A DNA stretch of 64,000 nt. Origin: an uncultured bacterium (GTDB lineage Bacteria; Hydrothermota; UBA3073; NMUJ01; CBEVQO01). The stretch lies in NCBI GenBank assembly GCA_965552055.1, contig CBEVQO010000004.1:106213-170212 (forward strand). Direction: 5' to 3'. The position numbers and the translations under genes were made by a program. Of the stretch, positions 27,077-36,806 are shown one piece after another. The notes under the pieces were generated by a model. The model was not told the DNA's origin and searched no databases. It saw only the letters and a list, made by a program, of their open reading frames with translations. Position 1 is the stretch's first letter, and the number at the start of each line of letters is the position of its first letter.

Positions 27077-27114
27077 GGGAGGCAGGTTCGATTCGCCTGC
27101 CTCCCTTTATTTTT
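27077..27114 (+). terminator. Rho-independent terminator
   Basis: GGGAGGCAGG/CCTGCCTCCC 10-bp stem followed by TTTATTTTTT, 15 nt after the stop codon. Confidence 0.85.
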
Positions 27115-27134
27115 TATAATAACTTAATTATTTG

Positions 27135-27161
27135 TTGACAAATTCACATTTTTATTAAATT
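27135..27161 (+). promoter_or_regulatory. Promoter TTGACA-N15-TAAATT, leaderless gcvPA
   Basis: TTGACA 27135-27140, TAAATT 27156-27161, GTG 27167, no SD. Confidence 0.6.
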
Positions 27162-27166
27162 ATTTG

Positions 27167-28510
27167 GTGAGCCATTTCATCCCAATAACTCCCGAAGAAA
27201 AAAAAGAGATGCTTAAAAAAATCGGTGTTAAAAATTTCGAAGAATTGATAAATACTATTATTCCTGAAGAAATAAGATTAAAGGGAGAACTCGATTTACC
27301 GGAAAGTTTATCGGAACTTGAAGTAAAAAGAGAGGTGGAAAAAATTGCCAATTTAAATGTTTCGACGGATTCTTTTATAAATTTCATGGGTGCAGGTGCT
27401 TATGACCATTTCATTCCATCTGCTGTTTTTCACATAATAAGCAGACCTGAATTTTACACCGCTTATACTCCCTATCAGGCAGAAGCATCTCAGGGCACAT
27501 TACAGGCGCTTTACGAATATCAATCCATGATTTGTGAATTGATGGAAATGGATGTTGCCAATTCTTCAATGTATGATGGTGGAACTGCTATTGCTGAAGC
27601 ATGTCGCATGGCACTCGCAATTAAAAAAGGAGAAAAGGTACTCGTAGCAGGCACCCTTCATCCTTATTATTTGCGATGCATAAAAACATATCTTTCTGAA
27701 GAAAAAGTTTTAATATGTCCGGAAAAAGGTGGTCAGATAGATATTGAGAAATTAGATGAATTAATGAAAGATGCATGTGCTTTTGTTTGTCAGAGTCCGA
27801 ATTTTTATGGCGTTCTTGAAGAAGTATTTGATATAAGCGAAATTGTTCACAAAAATGGAGGTTTATTAATTGCTGTTCCTTTGCCCATTTCTCTTGGTTT
27901 ACTTTCACCTCCCGGTGAATATGATGCGGATATTGTGGCATGTGAGGGTCAAACACTTGGTTTACCGTTGAATTTTGGTGGTCCTTATCTTGGCATTTTA
28001 TGTGCCAGACGCGAATTCATAAGATACATGCCGGGTAGAATTATTGGAAGGACAGTGGATAAGGATGGCAAAGATGCTTTTTGTATGGTATTACAGACAA
28101 GGGAGCAACATATAAGGCGTGCACGAGCAACATCCAACATCTGCACAAATCAAACGCTTTGTGCAATAGCATCTGCTGTTTATCTTGCACTTATGGGTAA
28201 GGAAGGTTTGCGTGAAGTCGCAGAACTATGCATGCAAAAAGCCCATTATCTTGCAGAAAAAATAGAAGAAATAGAAGGATTTAATTTGAAATATAAAAAG
28301 CCATTTTTTAATGAATTTGTGGTTGAAACACCTTTACCTGCTTTGGAAATTTGTGAGAAATTGAAAGATAAGAAGATATTCGCCGGAGTGCCTTTGAGTA
28401 AATTTTATCCGGAAAGAGAAAAAGAATTGTTGATAGCGGTTACCGAGAAGCGCACTAAGTGTGAGCTCGATAATTTTGTTGAACTTTTGAATACTTTTAA
28501 AGTGGCTTGA
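27167..28510 (+). CDS. gcvPA: Glycine dehydrogenase (decarboxylating) subunit 1
   Basis: FYTAYTPYQAEASQGTLQALYEYQS, NSSMYDGGTA, REQHIRRARATSNICTNQ. Confidence 0.95.
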   Translation: MSHFIPITPEEKKEMLKKIGVKNFEELINTIIPEEIRLKGELDLPESLSELEVKREVEKIANLNVSTDSFINFMGAGAYDHFIPSAVFHIISRPEFYTAYTPYQAEASQGTLQALYEYQSMICELMEMDVANSSMYDGGTAIAEACRMALAIKKGEKVLVAGTLHPYYLRCIKTYLSEEKVLICPEKGGQIDIEKLDELMKDACAFVCQSPNFYGVLEEVFDISEIVHKNGGLLIAVPLPISLGLLSPPGEYDADIVACEGQTLGLPLNFGGPYLGILCARREFIRYMPGRIIGRTVDKDGKDAFCMVLQTREQHIRRARATSNICTNQTLCAIASAVYLALMGKEGLREVAELCMQKAHYLAEKIEEIEGFNLKYKKPFFNEFVVETPLPALEICEKLKDKKIFAGVPLSKFYPEREKELLIAVTEKRTKCELDNFVELLNTFKVA

Positions 28511-28533
28511 CAAATCTATGGTATGATTAATAT
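28507..28533 (+). promoter_or_regulatory. Promoter TTGACA-N15-TAATAT
   Basis: TTGACA 28507-28512, TAATAT 28528-28533, SD GGGGGGAG. Confidence 0.6.
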
Positions 28534-28548
28534 TATTGGGGGGAGAAA

Positions 28549-29142
28549 ATGCCTGAGACGAAGATTGAGAAAAAGAAGCTCGAAGAGACGATAAGAAAAG
28601 CGGTGAAAGAAATTCTTCTGGAGACATTAATAGAAGAGGATGCATTCAGGAAATTTGAGTTAAGCACGGCAGGAAGAGTGATAAGAATAGAAGAGAAGCT
28701 GGATAAATTTGTGACCAAAGAAGAGTTTCAGAAAGCGATAGGTGAATTGAACAAAAGAATAGATGTGAAGACAGCGGAGACCAATAAAAGGATAGATGAG
28801 AAGACGGCGGAGACCAATAAAAGGATAGATGAGAAGATAGCTGAAGTTAATAAAAGGATAGATGAGAAGACGGCGGAGACCAATAAAAGGATAGATGAGA
28901 AGATAGCTGAAGTTAATAAAAGGATAGATGAGAAGACGGCGGAGACCAACAGGAGGATAGATGAGAAGATAGCTGAAGTTAACAAGAGGATAGATGAAAA
29001 GACGGCGGAGACTAACAAGAGGCTAGATGAGAAGATAGCTGAAGTTAACAGGAGGATTGACAAATTATTGTGGCTACTAGTTGGGGCATTATTAGGAATA
29101 ATTGGCACTCTAATAACCGCAATTTTTAACTTATTAAGATAG
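28549..29142 (+). CDS. Hendecad coiled-coil repeat protein with C-terminal TM anchor
   Basis: Nine 11-aa repeats D(E/V)K(T/I)AE(T/V)N(K/R)R(I/L), then LLWLLVGALLGIIGTLITAIF. Confidence 0.85.
   Translation: MPETKIEKKKLEETIRKAVKEILLETLIEEDAFRKFELSTAGRVIRIEEKLDKFVTKEEFQKAIGELNKRIDVKTAETNKRIDEKTAETNKRIDEKIAEVNKRIDEKTAETNKRIDEKIAEVNKRIDEKTAETNRRIDEKIAEVNKRIDEKTAETNKRLDEKIAEVNRRIDKLLWLLVGALLGIIGTLITAIFNLLR
28762..29058 (+). repeat. Tandem repeat, 9 x 33 bp (higher-order 66-bp unit)
   Basis: Units GATGAGAAGACGGCGGAGACCAATAAAAGGATA and GATGAGAAGATAGCTGAAGTTAATAAAAGGATA alternate. Confidence 0.95.
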
Positions 29143-29146
29143 AGGA

Positions 29147-29899
29147 CTAATATTTTTTGAAAAAATTTATTGCGTTATCCACGAATTTTTCTGCTTCTTC
29201 TATTAAATTTTTTATTTTTTCTTTGGATATCTCTTTTTTAACTTTATTCCAGTTTTTTCTGTATTTAAACAACTCTTCTATTATTTCGCTATTTAGTTGC
29301 GGAAAGATTTCTTTTATCTTTTGTGGTATTTCGCTTGTTTTCACGAAAATGTTTTTAAAAGCAAGCATATCCTGACAGCAATTTTTAATTCTCCTTATGC
29401 AGAGCCGTAATTTTTCATAATTATATTCTTCTAATTTTGTGAACTGTTCTTTAAAAAGTTTCAGCCATTTTATCACATCCTCTGGTTGCAATTTGATTTC
29501 TGGTATAAGTTTTCTAAAATCCCATCCGTATATTATTTTTCCTGTATTTTTTGTCAGATGTAAAGAAACTTTGTCGAGTGTGAATCCGAACTCTCCGTGA
29601 GCAGAATTTATAATCACAGGTAGTTCTTTATATTTAATCCATTCTTTCAATTCTTCTTTTGTAATGAGTATCCATCCTACATCGCATTGTGGATATTTTT
29701 CTCTTTCATTTAACATAAATTTGGTTATCTCTTTTAAATTTTCAAAATTTTTTGCAATTATGAAAATATCTGCGTCACTCCATCCTTCTATCCAGTCACC
29801 TGTTGCCAGACTGCCCTGCAAAAGCAAAGATAAAAGTCCTTTAACATCAGGAGCTTTTTCACGCAAATCCTTTATGAGATTTTCAAACGAATCTTTCAT
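29147..29899 (-). CDS. Nucleotidyltransferase-domain protein (MNT/KNTase-like) with helical C-terminal domain
   Basis: LQGSLATGD....SDADIFII (GS-x-DxD motif). Confidence 0.75.
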   Translation of the reverse strand: MKDSFENLIKDLREKAPDVKGLLSLLLQGSLATGDWIEGWSDADIFIIAKNFENLKEITKFMLNEREKYPQCDVGWILITKEELKEWIKYKELPVIINSAHGEFGFTLDKVSLHLTKNTGKIIYGWDFRKLIPEIKLQPEDVIKWLKLFKEQFTKLEEYNYEKLRLCIRRIKNCCQDMLAFKNIFVKTSEIPQKIKEIFPQLNSEIIEELFKYRKNWNKVKKEISKEKIKNLIEEAEKFVDNAINFFKKY

Positions 29900-31007
29900 A
29901 AAATTTTATCAATCTTTTTATTAGCAAATCTTTTTCGAAAAATTTTTCTCTTTCCCTTAATTTATCTTTGATTTTCCCTTTATCAAATTTGTCCCAATTT
30001 TCCAATATCCGGATTAATTCTTCTGTTTTATCATAGTAAATGCCGGCATCTTTTAAAATTTCTCTATGTATTTTTGTATCTTTTGCGATTACAGGTAGTC
30101 CTGCCTTTATGTAATTTATTACTTTTCCATCTGCTTCGCATTCCGATTTCTTAGGTGCAAGCGCTACATCGCCTATACTTAAATATCTATGAGCTTCAAA
30201 ATAATCTATCTTCCCTGTGAAAATAACATTTTTTAAATCTTTTGCTCTCTCTTTGTATTTATCCTCTGGATAGCCCATTATTACAAATTTCCATTTTTTT
30301 AATTTCTCTGCTGCTTCAAGAATTGCTGGCACTCCCTGATAATCGGTTAAAATTCCAAGATATACCGCGATTTTGTCTTTTTCGGATAAATTCAATTTTT
30401 TCATAATTTCTTTATTCTTTGAAGTTTTAAATCTTTCGGGTGCAAAATCCCATATTGTTTCTACATTTTTTAGCCCTTTACTTTTCAAATATTGAGTAAA
30501 GATTTCGGAAGATGTAGTTATACCTGTCATTAATTTTAATAATCTAATCTCGAATATGTCAACTATTTTTTTGAGTAATTTTAAGAATTTCCAGCCATGT
30601 TGTATTACTTCACACGCAAATTTGCCCTGAAAATCACAAATCACAGGTATTTTCTTCATAATTTTTATGGGCAATGTTATAAATGCTCCTTCAAGTAAAA
30701 AAGCGTGTATCAAATTGGGCTTAAATTTACAGACTTCTTTAAATGTTTTTAAAATCATCAAAAAATCAAGGAAGAATTTTAGAAAATGTGGACCTGGTTC
30801 TGTTTTTTTAAAGGGCAAAATAGGAGGTATTCTCACGATGTCGAGACCTTTTAAATTTTCTCCTTCAGGATAAGTTAAGATTTTTATTATAAAATTTCTT
30901 TCTTTTAAAGCGTTTGCTATTTCATAAATTCTTATGTGACAACCTCTATGTGCGAAGAAAGGTGTGGGTGCCACTATCAATATTTTAAAGTATTTCTTCT
31001 GTGACAT
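29883..31007 (-). CDS. Glycosyltransferase family 4
   Basis: IVAPTPFFAHRGCHIRIYE; YLGILTDYQG; KVINYIKAGLPVIA. Confidence 0.88.
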   Translation of the reverse strand: MSQKKYFKILIVAPTPFFAHRGCHIRIYEIANALKERNFIIKILTYPEGENLKGLDIVRIPPILPFKKTEPGPHFLKFFLDFLMILKTFKEVCKFKPNLIHAFLLEGAFITLPIKIMKKIPVICDFQGKFACEVIQHGWKFLKLLKKIVDIFEIRLLKLMTGITTSSEIFTQYLKSKGLKNVETIWDFAPERFKTSKNKEIMKKLNLSEKDKIAVYLGILTDYQGVPAILEAAEKLKKWKFVIMGYPEDKYKERAKDLKNVIFTGKIDYFEAHRYLSIGDVALAPKKSECEADGKVINYIKAGLPVIAKDTKIHREILKDAGIYYDKTEELIRILENWDKFDKGKIKDKLREREKFFEKDLLIKRLIKFYERFV

Positions 31008-31929
31008 AAATCGGGAATTTTTCCTGTAAATAGGCAGTGTAACAAATCATTTCTCCGATAATTGCAAGAATTATTAAAAGGAAGCCACAGATAATTGTGA
31101 GTATTGTGAGATAAAGCAAAGGGTTTCCTGTCATATCTATTCCCCTTTTTAATTTCATCCAGATTGTGAGAATTCCACTTATTAAAGCAATTAAAAAACT
31201 CAAGATACCAATGAAGCCGATTTGCTGGATGGGGGTTTTAAATCCAGAGTGATAAAATTTTGCAATTATTATATCGGGAATTACCCTGAATATTTTTGAT
31301 ACGCCATACTTTGATTTTCCATGAAGTCTTTTGTTATGTTTTACTTTTATTTCTGTGATTTTACATCCCTGCCATGCAAGTAATGCAGGAAGGAAACGGT
31401 GAAGTTCACCATAAAGTTTTATTCTTTTGAGATATTTTGCTTTATAGGCTTTTAAAGTGCATCCAAAATCATGCAAGTTGACACCTGTTAAAGATGCGAT
31501 TATTTTATTTGCTATTTTTGATGCTATTTTCAACCAAAACGGGTCTTTTCTTTTGTATCTCCATCCACTGACTACATCTGCTCCTTTTTCGATTTCATTG
31601 AGTAAACGGGGGATATCTTCCGGGTCATTTTGCAAATCGGCATCCATCGTTATTATGATTTCACCTTTGGCAATGTCGATACCTGCCTGCAACGCTGATG
31701 TCTGTCCAAAATTGCGACTTAATTTTACAACTTTTACAAGTTCTTTCTCCTTACTTTTAATTTCTTTCAAAATTTCAAAACTGCCATCCGTACTTCCGTC
31801 ATCTACAAAAATAATCTCAAATTTTTTATTAATTTGATTGATTACAGATTTTAATTTTTCGAAAAGTGGAATTAAATTTTCTTTCTCATTGTATAGTGGA
31901 ATAACGACAGAGACATCTATTTCCTGCAT
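30985..31929 (-). CDS. Glycosyltransferase family 2 (ArnC/DPM1-like polyprenol-phosphate GT)
   Basis: SVVIPLYNE, FVDDGSTD, MDADLQNDPEDIP, YGELHRFLP, two C-terminal TM helices. Confidence 0.92.
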   Translation of the reverse strand: MQEIDVSVVIPLYNEKENLIPLFEKLKSVINQINKKFEIIFVDDGSTDGSFEILKEIKSKEKELVKVVKLSRNFGQTSALQAGIDIAKGEIIITMDADLQNDPEDIPRLLNEIEKGADVVSGWRYKRKDPFWLKIASKIANKIIASLTGVNLHDFGCTLKAYKAKYLKRIKLYGELHRFLPALLAWQGCKITEIKVKHNKRLHGKSKYGVSKIFRVIPDIIIAKFYHSGFKTPIQQIGFIGILSFLIALISGILTIWMKLKRGIDMTGNPLLYLTILTIICGFLLIILAIIGEMICYTAYLQEKFPIYVTEEIL

Positions 31930-32204
31930 TTTAATTTGAAGATTACCGTTCCTCCTCCTGTTTTCTCACATGGGTCAAGGCATTGGACATAAGCTACTCC
32001 TTCTTCTTTCGCTAAACCAAGTATCCTCGGGTCAACCCCTTTTGATAGTGCAACATAATACGGCATTATAGATGCGAGTGAATGCATGCATATTTCTTTT
32101 TCCGTTATTAATTTATAGCCCTCTTTTATTATGAATTTATCTCCTACTTTGTAAACAGGGCAATTGCCTTTTATTTCTACTACTTCTACAATTATATCAG
32201 CCAT
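31917..32204 (-). CDS. TIGR04076-family Cys-containing protein
   Basis: VEVVEIKGNCPVYKVGDKF...ICMH...VQCLDP (family named from recall). Confidence 0.7.
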   Translation of the reverse strand: MADIIVEVVEIKGNCPVYKVGDKFIIKEGYKLITEKEICMHSLASIMPYYVALSKGVDPRILGLAKEEGVAYVQCLDPCEKTGGGTVIFKLKCRK

Positions 32205-33135
32205 AACAAATTCTTGTTCCAGCTTCTCCTTTTATAGCTTCTTCTAACTTTTGTGGTGATGTTATTATTGCCGGATTCTCTGTTTTCTTTACAAATTGTA
32301 TGCAAGCTCTAATTTTTGGTGCCATACTTCCTTCAGCGAAATGTCCTTCTTTTAGATATTTTTCTGCTTCTTCAGGGGTCATTTTTCTGATAGCCCTTTG
32401 AGTTAGTTTGCCGAAATCAAGATAAACTTCGTCCACAGCTGTTGATATAAGGAAGAGGTCAGCATTTAATTCTATTGCAAGTAAACTTGATGCGAGATCT
32501 TTGTCAATCACTGCCTCTACTCCTATTAACTCATTATCTTTTTCAATTACCGGTATGCCACCGCCTCCGACCGCGATTACAACGGCTCCTGATTTTATCA
32601 AAGATTTTATTGCTTCGATTTCTATAATTTTCTTTGGGATGGGTGAAGGCACCACTCTTCTCCATCCCCTACCTGCGTCTTCTTTCACAATCCAGCCGTT
32701 TTCTCTTGCTCTTTCTTCTGCTTCTTCTTTGGTCATAAAAGGACCTATGGGTTTTGTGGGATTTGAGAAAGCAGGGTCATTTTCGTCAACTATTACCTGG
32801 GTTACCACGGTTGCCACTTCTTTTTTAATTCTCCTGTTTTTGAATTCATTTTTTAATGCTCTTTGAATTATGTATCCTATCAAGCCCTGTGATGATGCAC
32901 CGCAGGCATCGAGAGGGTCAGGCGGTATTAATTTGCGTGTAAATTCCGAGCGGATAAGTAAAAAGCCCACCTGTGGACCGTTACCATGGGTTATCACAAT
33001 ATCATGTCCTTTTTCAATGAGATTTGCAATGTGTTTACAGGTTTCTTTTACAGTTTCGCACTGGTCTTTAAAACTTTGATGCTTTTTATCACGAATTAAA
33101 GAATTACCGCCTATTGCAAGTACAATTTTCATCAT
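32197..33135 (-). CDS. arcC: Carbamate kinase
   Basis: LAIGGNSL, THGNGPQVG, KPIGPF, EDAGRGWRRVVPSP, VIDKD, GSMAPK. Confidence 0.95.
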   Translation of the reverse strand: MMKIVLAIGGNSLIRDKKHQSFKDQCETVKETCKHIANLIEKGHDIVITHGNGPQVGFLLIRSEFTRKLIPPDPLDACGASSQGLIGYIIQRALKNEFKNRRIKKEVATVVTQVIVDENDPAFSNPTKPIGPFMTKEEAEERARENGWIVKEDAGRGWRRVVPSPIPKKIIEIEAIKSLIKSGAVVIAVGGGGIPVIEKDNELIGVEAVIDKDLASSLLAIELNADLFLISTAVDEVYLDFGKLTQRAIRKMTPEEAEKYLKEGHFAEGSMAPKIRACIQFVKKTENPAIITSPQKLEEAIKGEAGTRICYG

Positions 33136-34202
33136 CTAAATGCTTTATGTAATCTTTTTAATGCTTCTAATTTTTCTCTATTTCCTATTTTTGCGGATTT
33201 TATTGCCGTTTCCAATATCGTAATTGTTTTCTCATAAGTTTCTCTATCAACAGGATATGGGTGGCCGTCTTTTCCACCGTGTGCGAAGCTAAATCGTGCG
33301 GGGTCACGAAAACTCACAGGTTCGCCATAAATTAGTTCGGATGTTAAAGCAAGCGCTCTAATCGTTTTGGGACCTACTCCTTCAATCGCTAATAACTCTT
33401 CATAATTTTCGGGACTTCTCAAATAAGTTTTCAATAATGTTTTTGATAATCTTTTAGGGTCAATATCTTTGATTAGCATCTGATGTCTTGGTGGCAATTT
33501 CAGGACTTCAATTTTTTTAAATTCTTTTAAAGCTTTTGCCGGATTTTTTGCGAGTTCTACTATAACTTCCTGAGCCCCTTTACTTTCTTTTGCTACGGTA
33601 TTTAATACATTTTTTTCAAATTTTTGTGTGGCTATTGCTGAATGAGGTTCCACAACAAAAGATTTAAGGTCATCACTTAACCAGTGGTATCTTCTTGCAT
33701 ACAAATTTTGAGTATTCATCCCTTGCTGGATTACTGTCCATTTGCCATCATCCGTGAAAATTATTGTGTGATGATATAATTCATAGCCATCCTGAAGCGC
33801 AACATTATCGACTTTTGCTGACATTCTGCTTGCATAAATTAATTTTTCGGGTGATATTTTTAAATACTTTTCCGTTTTTAAAATGTCTTCGGGTGTTTTT
33901 AAGGCAGTTTTGCCTTTACCTCCACCCATGAAGATTCCGATATCTTTTCCTATGTCTTTTAATGCTTCTTTTATCGCACCGCAAACAGTTGTTGTAAGTC
34001 CTGATGAATGCCAGTCAAATCCCAGCAAGTTTCCAAGTGCTTGAAACCAGTATGGTGATGATAATCTCCTTATAAATTCGTATTTTCCAAATTCATCTGT
34101 TAATGCGATTATAATAGCTCTGCTTAACTTTACCATATTTTCAAATAGCCATCTCGGTGCTTTCCCTGTATGTAACGGCAGATATGCTACACCGCTACGC
34201 AT
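33132..34202 (-). CDS. DUF763-domain protein
   Basis: LPLHTGKAPRWLF, FDWHSSGLTT, QDGYELYHH, FSFAHGGKDGHPYPV. Confidence 0.88.
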   Translation of the reverse strand: MRSGVAYLPLHTGKAPRWLFENMVKLSRAIIIALTDEFGKYEFIRRLSSPYWFQALGNLLGFDWHSSGLTTTVCGAIKEALKDIGKDIGIFMGGGKGKTALKTPEDILKTEKYLKISPEKLIYASRMSAKVDNVALQDGYELYHHTIIFTDDGKWTVIQQGMNTQNLYARRYHWLSDDLKSFVVEPHSAIATQKFEKNVLNTVAKESKGAQEVIVELAKNPAKALKEFKKIEVLKLPPRHQMLIKDIDPKRLSKTLLKTYLRSPENYEELLAIEGVGPKTIRALALTSELIYGEPVSFRDPARFSFAHGGKDGHPYPVDRETYEKTITILETAIKSAKIGNREKLEALKRLHKAFR

Positions 34203-35554
34203 TATATTACTTCGGCAAATTTCTTTTGCTCAATAAATGATGTATGAATGTTACCTTTTACGAAATCTTCGTCTTCCATTATTTTTCTGTGAAATGGGAT
34301 TGTTGTTTTTATTCCTTCTATTATGAATTCATCGAGTGCTCTTTTCATTCTTTCAATTGCTTCTATTCTATCTTTTCCATGCACTATTAATTTTGCAATT
34401 AAAGAGTCGTAATGTGGTGGGATTGTATAGCCCTGATAGACATGGGTATCTACTCTTACACCGCCTCCTCCTGGCAGATATAACATCGTTATTTTACCGG
34501 GACATGGTTGAAAATTTTTATCAGGGTCTTCTGCATTTATTCTGCATTCAATAGCGTGTCCTTCTATTTTTACATCTTCCTGACGGAAAGAAAGAGGTTC
34601 TCCTGATGCTATTTTCAACTGCTCTTTTACAATATCAATTCCTGTTACAAATTCGGTTACAGGGTGTTCAACCTGAATCCTTGTATTCATTTCGATAAAA
34701 TAAAAATTTCCATCTTGGTCCATTAAAAACTCTACAGTACCTGCGCTAAAATATCCGATAGCTTGTGCTGCTTTTACAGCATATTCGCCTATTTTTTTGC
34801 GTAAGTCAGGTGTTACAATGGGAGAAGGCGCTTCTTCTATTAATTTTTGATGTTTCCTCTGGATTGAGCATTCTCTTTCACCAAGATGAACAACATTACC
34901 GTATTCGTCGCCTAATATTTGCACTTCTATATGTCTTGGTTTAATCAAATATTTTTCAATATAAATTCTCCCATCACCGAATGCAGATTTAGCCTCCTGT
35001 TGTGCTACATTGAAAAATTTTTTAAGTTCGTCTTTATTGCGAGCGATTCTCATTCCTTTTCCTCCTCCGCCTGCTGCTGCTTTTATCATCACCGGGAAAC
35101 CTGCACTTTCTGCTATTTCCATTGCCTTATCAATATCTGTGACGGATTCATGACTACCGGGGATTACGGGCACACCTGCTTCTCTTACCACTTCTTTTGC
35201 CATTATTTTATCGCCCATTAGTTTTATTGCATCTGCTGAAGGTCCTATAAATTTAAATCCATTTTCTTCGCATATTTGTGCAAATGTAGGGTTTTCTGCA
35301 AGAAAGCCATATCCGGGATGAATTGCATCTGCTCCTGTTACTTCGGCTGCACTTATTATTGCAGGTATATTTAAGTAACTTTTTGCAGGCGGCGGTGGAC
35401 CGATACAAACAGCGTAATCCGCCAATCTAACATGCATCGAATCCCTATCTGCTTCTGAAAAAATAGCCACTGTTTCTATACCAAGTTCTTTACATGCACG
35501 AATAATACGGATAGCGATTTCTCCTCTGTTTGCAATTAATACTCTTTTTATCAT
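34202..35554 (-). CDS. accC: Acetyl-CoA carboxylase biotin carboxylase subunit
   Basis: [51 protein letters not shown]. Confidence 0.96.
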   Translation of the reverse strand: MIKRVLIANRGEIAIRIIRACKELGIETVAIFSEADRDSMHVRLADYAVCIGPPPPAKSYLNIPAIISAAEVTGADAIHPGYGFLAENPTFAQICEENGFKFIGPSADAIKLMGDKIMAKEVVREAGVPVIPGSHESVTDIDKAMEIAESAGFPVMIKAAAGGGGKGMRIARNKDELKKFFNVAQQEAKSAFGDGRIYIEKYLIKPRHIEVQILGDEYGNVVHLGERECSIQRKHQKLIEEAPSPIVTPDLRKKIGEYAVKAAQAIGYFSAGTVEFLMDQDGNFYFIEMNTRIQVEHPVTEFVTGIDIVKEQLKIASGEPLSFRQEDVKIEGHAIECRINAEDPDKNFQPCPGKITMLYLPGGGGVRVDTHVYQGYTIPPHYDSLIAKLIVHGKDRIEAIERMKRALDEFIIEGIKTTIPFHRKIMEDEDFVKGNIHTSFIEQKKFAEVI

Positions 35555-35555
35555 A

Positions 35556-36071
35556 TTACATTGGTTCTACAAGGAAAAGTTCCTGTCCATATTCTACCGG
35601 TTGTTCGTTTTCTACCAGTATTTTTACGATTTTGCCTTTTACACCGGCAGGTATTTCGTTAAATACTTTCATTGCCTCGATTATACATACGATTGTATCT
35701 TCTTTTACTATGTCACCTACCTCTACATAGGGTTTTGCACCTGGTGCTGGTGCTCTGTAAAATGTTCCCACCATAGGAGAGCGTATTGCTACAAGTTCTT
35801 TTGCTTCTTTTTTCTCTTCTTTAACTTCTTTTACTTCGGGTTTTTCTTCTTTAATTTCTTCTTTGATTTCTTCTTTCTTTTCGACTTTTACAGGTTGGGC
35901 TTGCACCTGTGGTATTTGCTGTATCTGTGGCGTTATGATTTGAGGTATCGGTGTGCTTTCTTTCTTTTTACTAACTCTTATAGTTCTGAACCATGTTTTT
36001 ATTTCGATTTCATCCACATCGCTTTTGCTCAATATTTCTGTTAATTTTTTTATTAATTCATCTAACTTCAT
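35556..36071 (-). CDS. accB: Biotin carboxyl carrier protein
   Basis: [22 protein letters not shown] (biotinyl Lys). Confidence 0.96.
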   Translation of the reverse strand: MKLDELIKKLTEILSKSDVDEIEIKTWFRTIRVSKKKESTPIPQIITPQIQQIPQVQAQPVKVEKKEEIKEEIKEEKPEVKEVKEEKKEAKELVAIRSPMVGTFYRAPAPGAKPYVEVGDIVKEDTIVCIIEAMKVFNEIPAGVKGKIVKILVENEQPVEYGQELFLVEPM

Positions 36072-36370
36072 TCTGGTTTGAATCCTATTATTTTTTTCTC
36101 GTGTGTTTCCTCTATTTTAATTTCTCCGAATCTTTCTTCGTATTTTTTGATATTTTCTTCGAGTGTTTTCAACAATCTTTTTGCGTGTGCCGGTGCCAGT
36201 ATTATTCTTGCGTATATTTTTGTTTTTTTGAGTCCTGGCATTATTCTTGTGAAATCGATTACGAATTCCGTTGGTGAGTGGCTTACGATTGCAAAGTTTG
36301 AGTATATTCCTTCGCCTTCTTTTTCCGGCACTTCAATTTGTATTTCTTGCATTTGCGGTCTTTCTTCCAT
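36068..36370 (-). CDS. DUF3467-domain protein
   Basis: [20 protein letters not shown]...[13 protein letters not shown]; start trimmed to ATG 36370. Confidence 0.85.
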   Translation of the reverse strand: MEERPQMQEIQIEVPEKEGEGIYSNFAIVSHSPTEFVIDFTRIMPGLKKTKIYARIILAPAHAKRLLKTLEENIKKYEERFGEIKIEETHEKKIIGFKPE

Positions 36371-36806
36371 TTTTAACTCCTTTTTTCTTATTGAAAAGTT
36401 TATCGAAAGTGTCAATTATGAATTTGGCAGATTTAAAACCTTCTTTTATTACATTAACACTTTTACCCCCTCTGTAATATCCAAGTATATGGAGAACTTC
36501 ATAAGCTGTATTAAAATGTGCTTTTAATTTGCCGTTATGCGGTATTTTGTTGAGCCATTGCATATATTCTCTGTAATCCGCCGGTAATTCCTCTGGCTTT
36601 TTCCCCTTTTTTAAGATGTATGCATCTATTGCGAGAAGGACTGCGAGATATCCGATGGCACATGCCTCTGATACCCTTTTGCTATCGGCATATCTTATAC
36701 CATATTCAATTGGTGTCTCCTTTAAAATATCCTTTGCATTTTTGAAATATCTTTTTGCTTCTCTTATTGCTTCTTCAGGACTTTTAGGTCTTTCTCTTTT
36801 TTCCAT
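36333..36806 (-). CDS. DUF5618-like (HEPN/PaREP1-fold) protein, copy A
   Basis: [41 protein letters not shown]. Confidence 0.75.
   Translation of the reverse strand: MEKRERPKSPEEAIREAKRYFKNAKDILKETPIEYGIRYADSKRVSEACAIGYLAVLLAIDAYILKKGKKPEELPADYREYMQWLNKIPHNGKLKAHFNTAYEVLHILGYYRGGKSVNVIKEGFKSAKFIIDTFDKLFNKKKGVKNGRKTANARNTN

Noticed and set aside
27081-27100. GCAGGTTCGATTCGCCTGC resembling a tRNA T-arm (possible att remnant)
   Set aside because: No other tRNA arms; fully explained as the loop of the intrinsic terminator.
28762-29058. CRISPR array
   Set aside because: Contiguous in-frame coding repeats with no unique spacers and no cas genes.
28728-29108. Minus-strand 126-aa hydrophobic repeat ORF
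   Set aside because: Antisense shadow of the 33-bp repeat.
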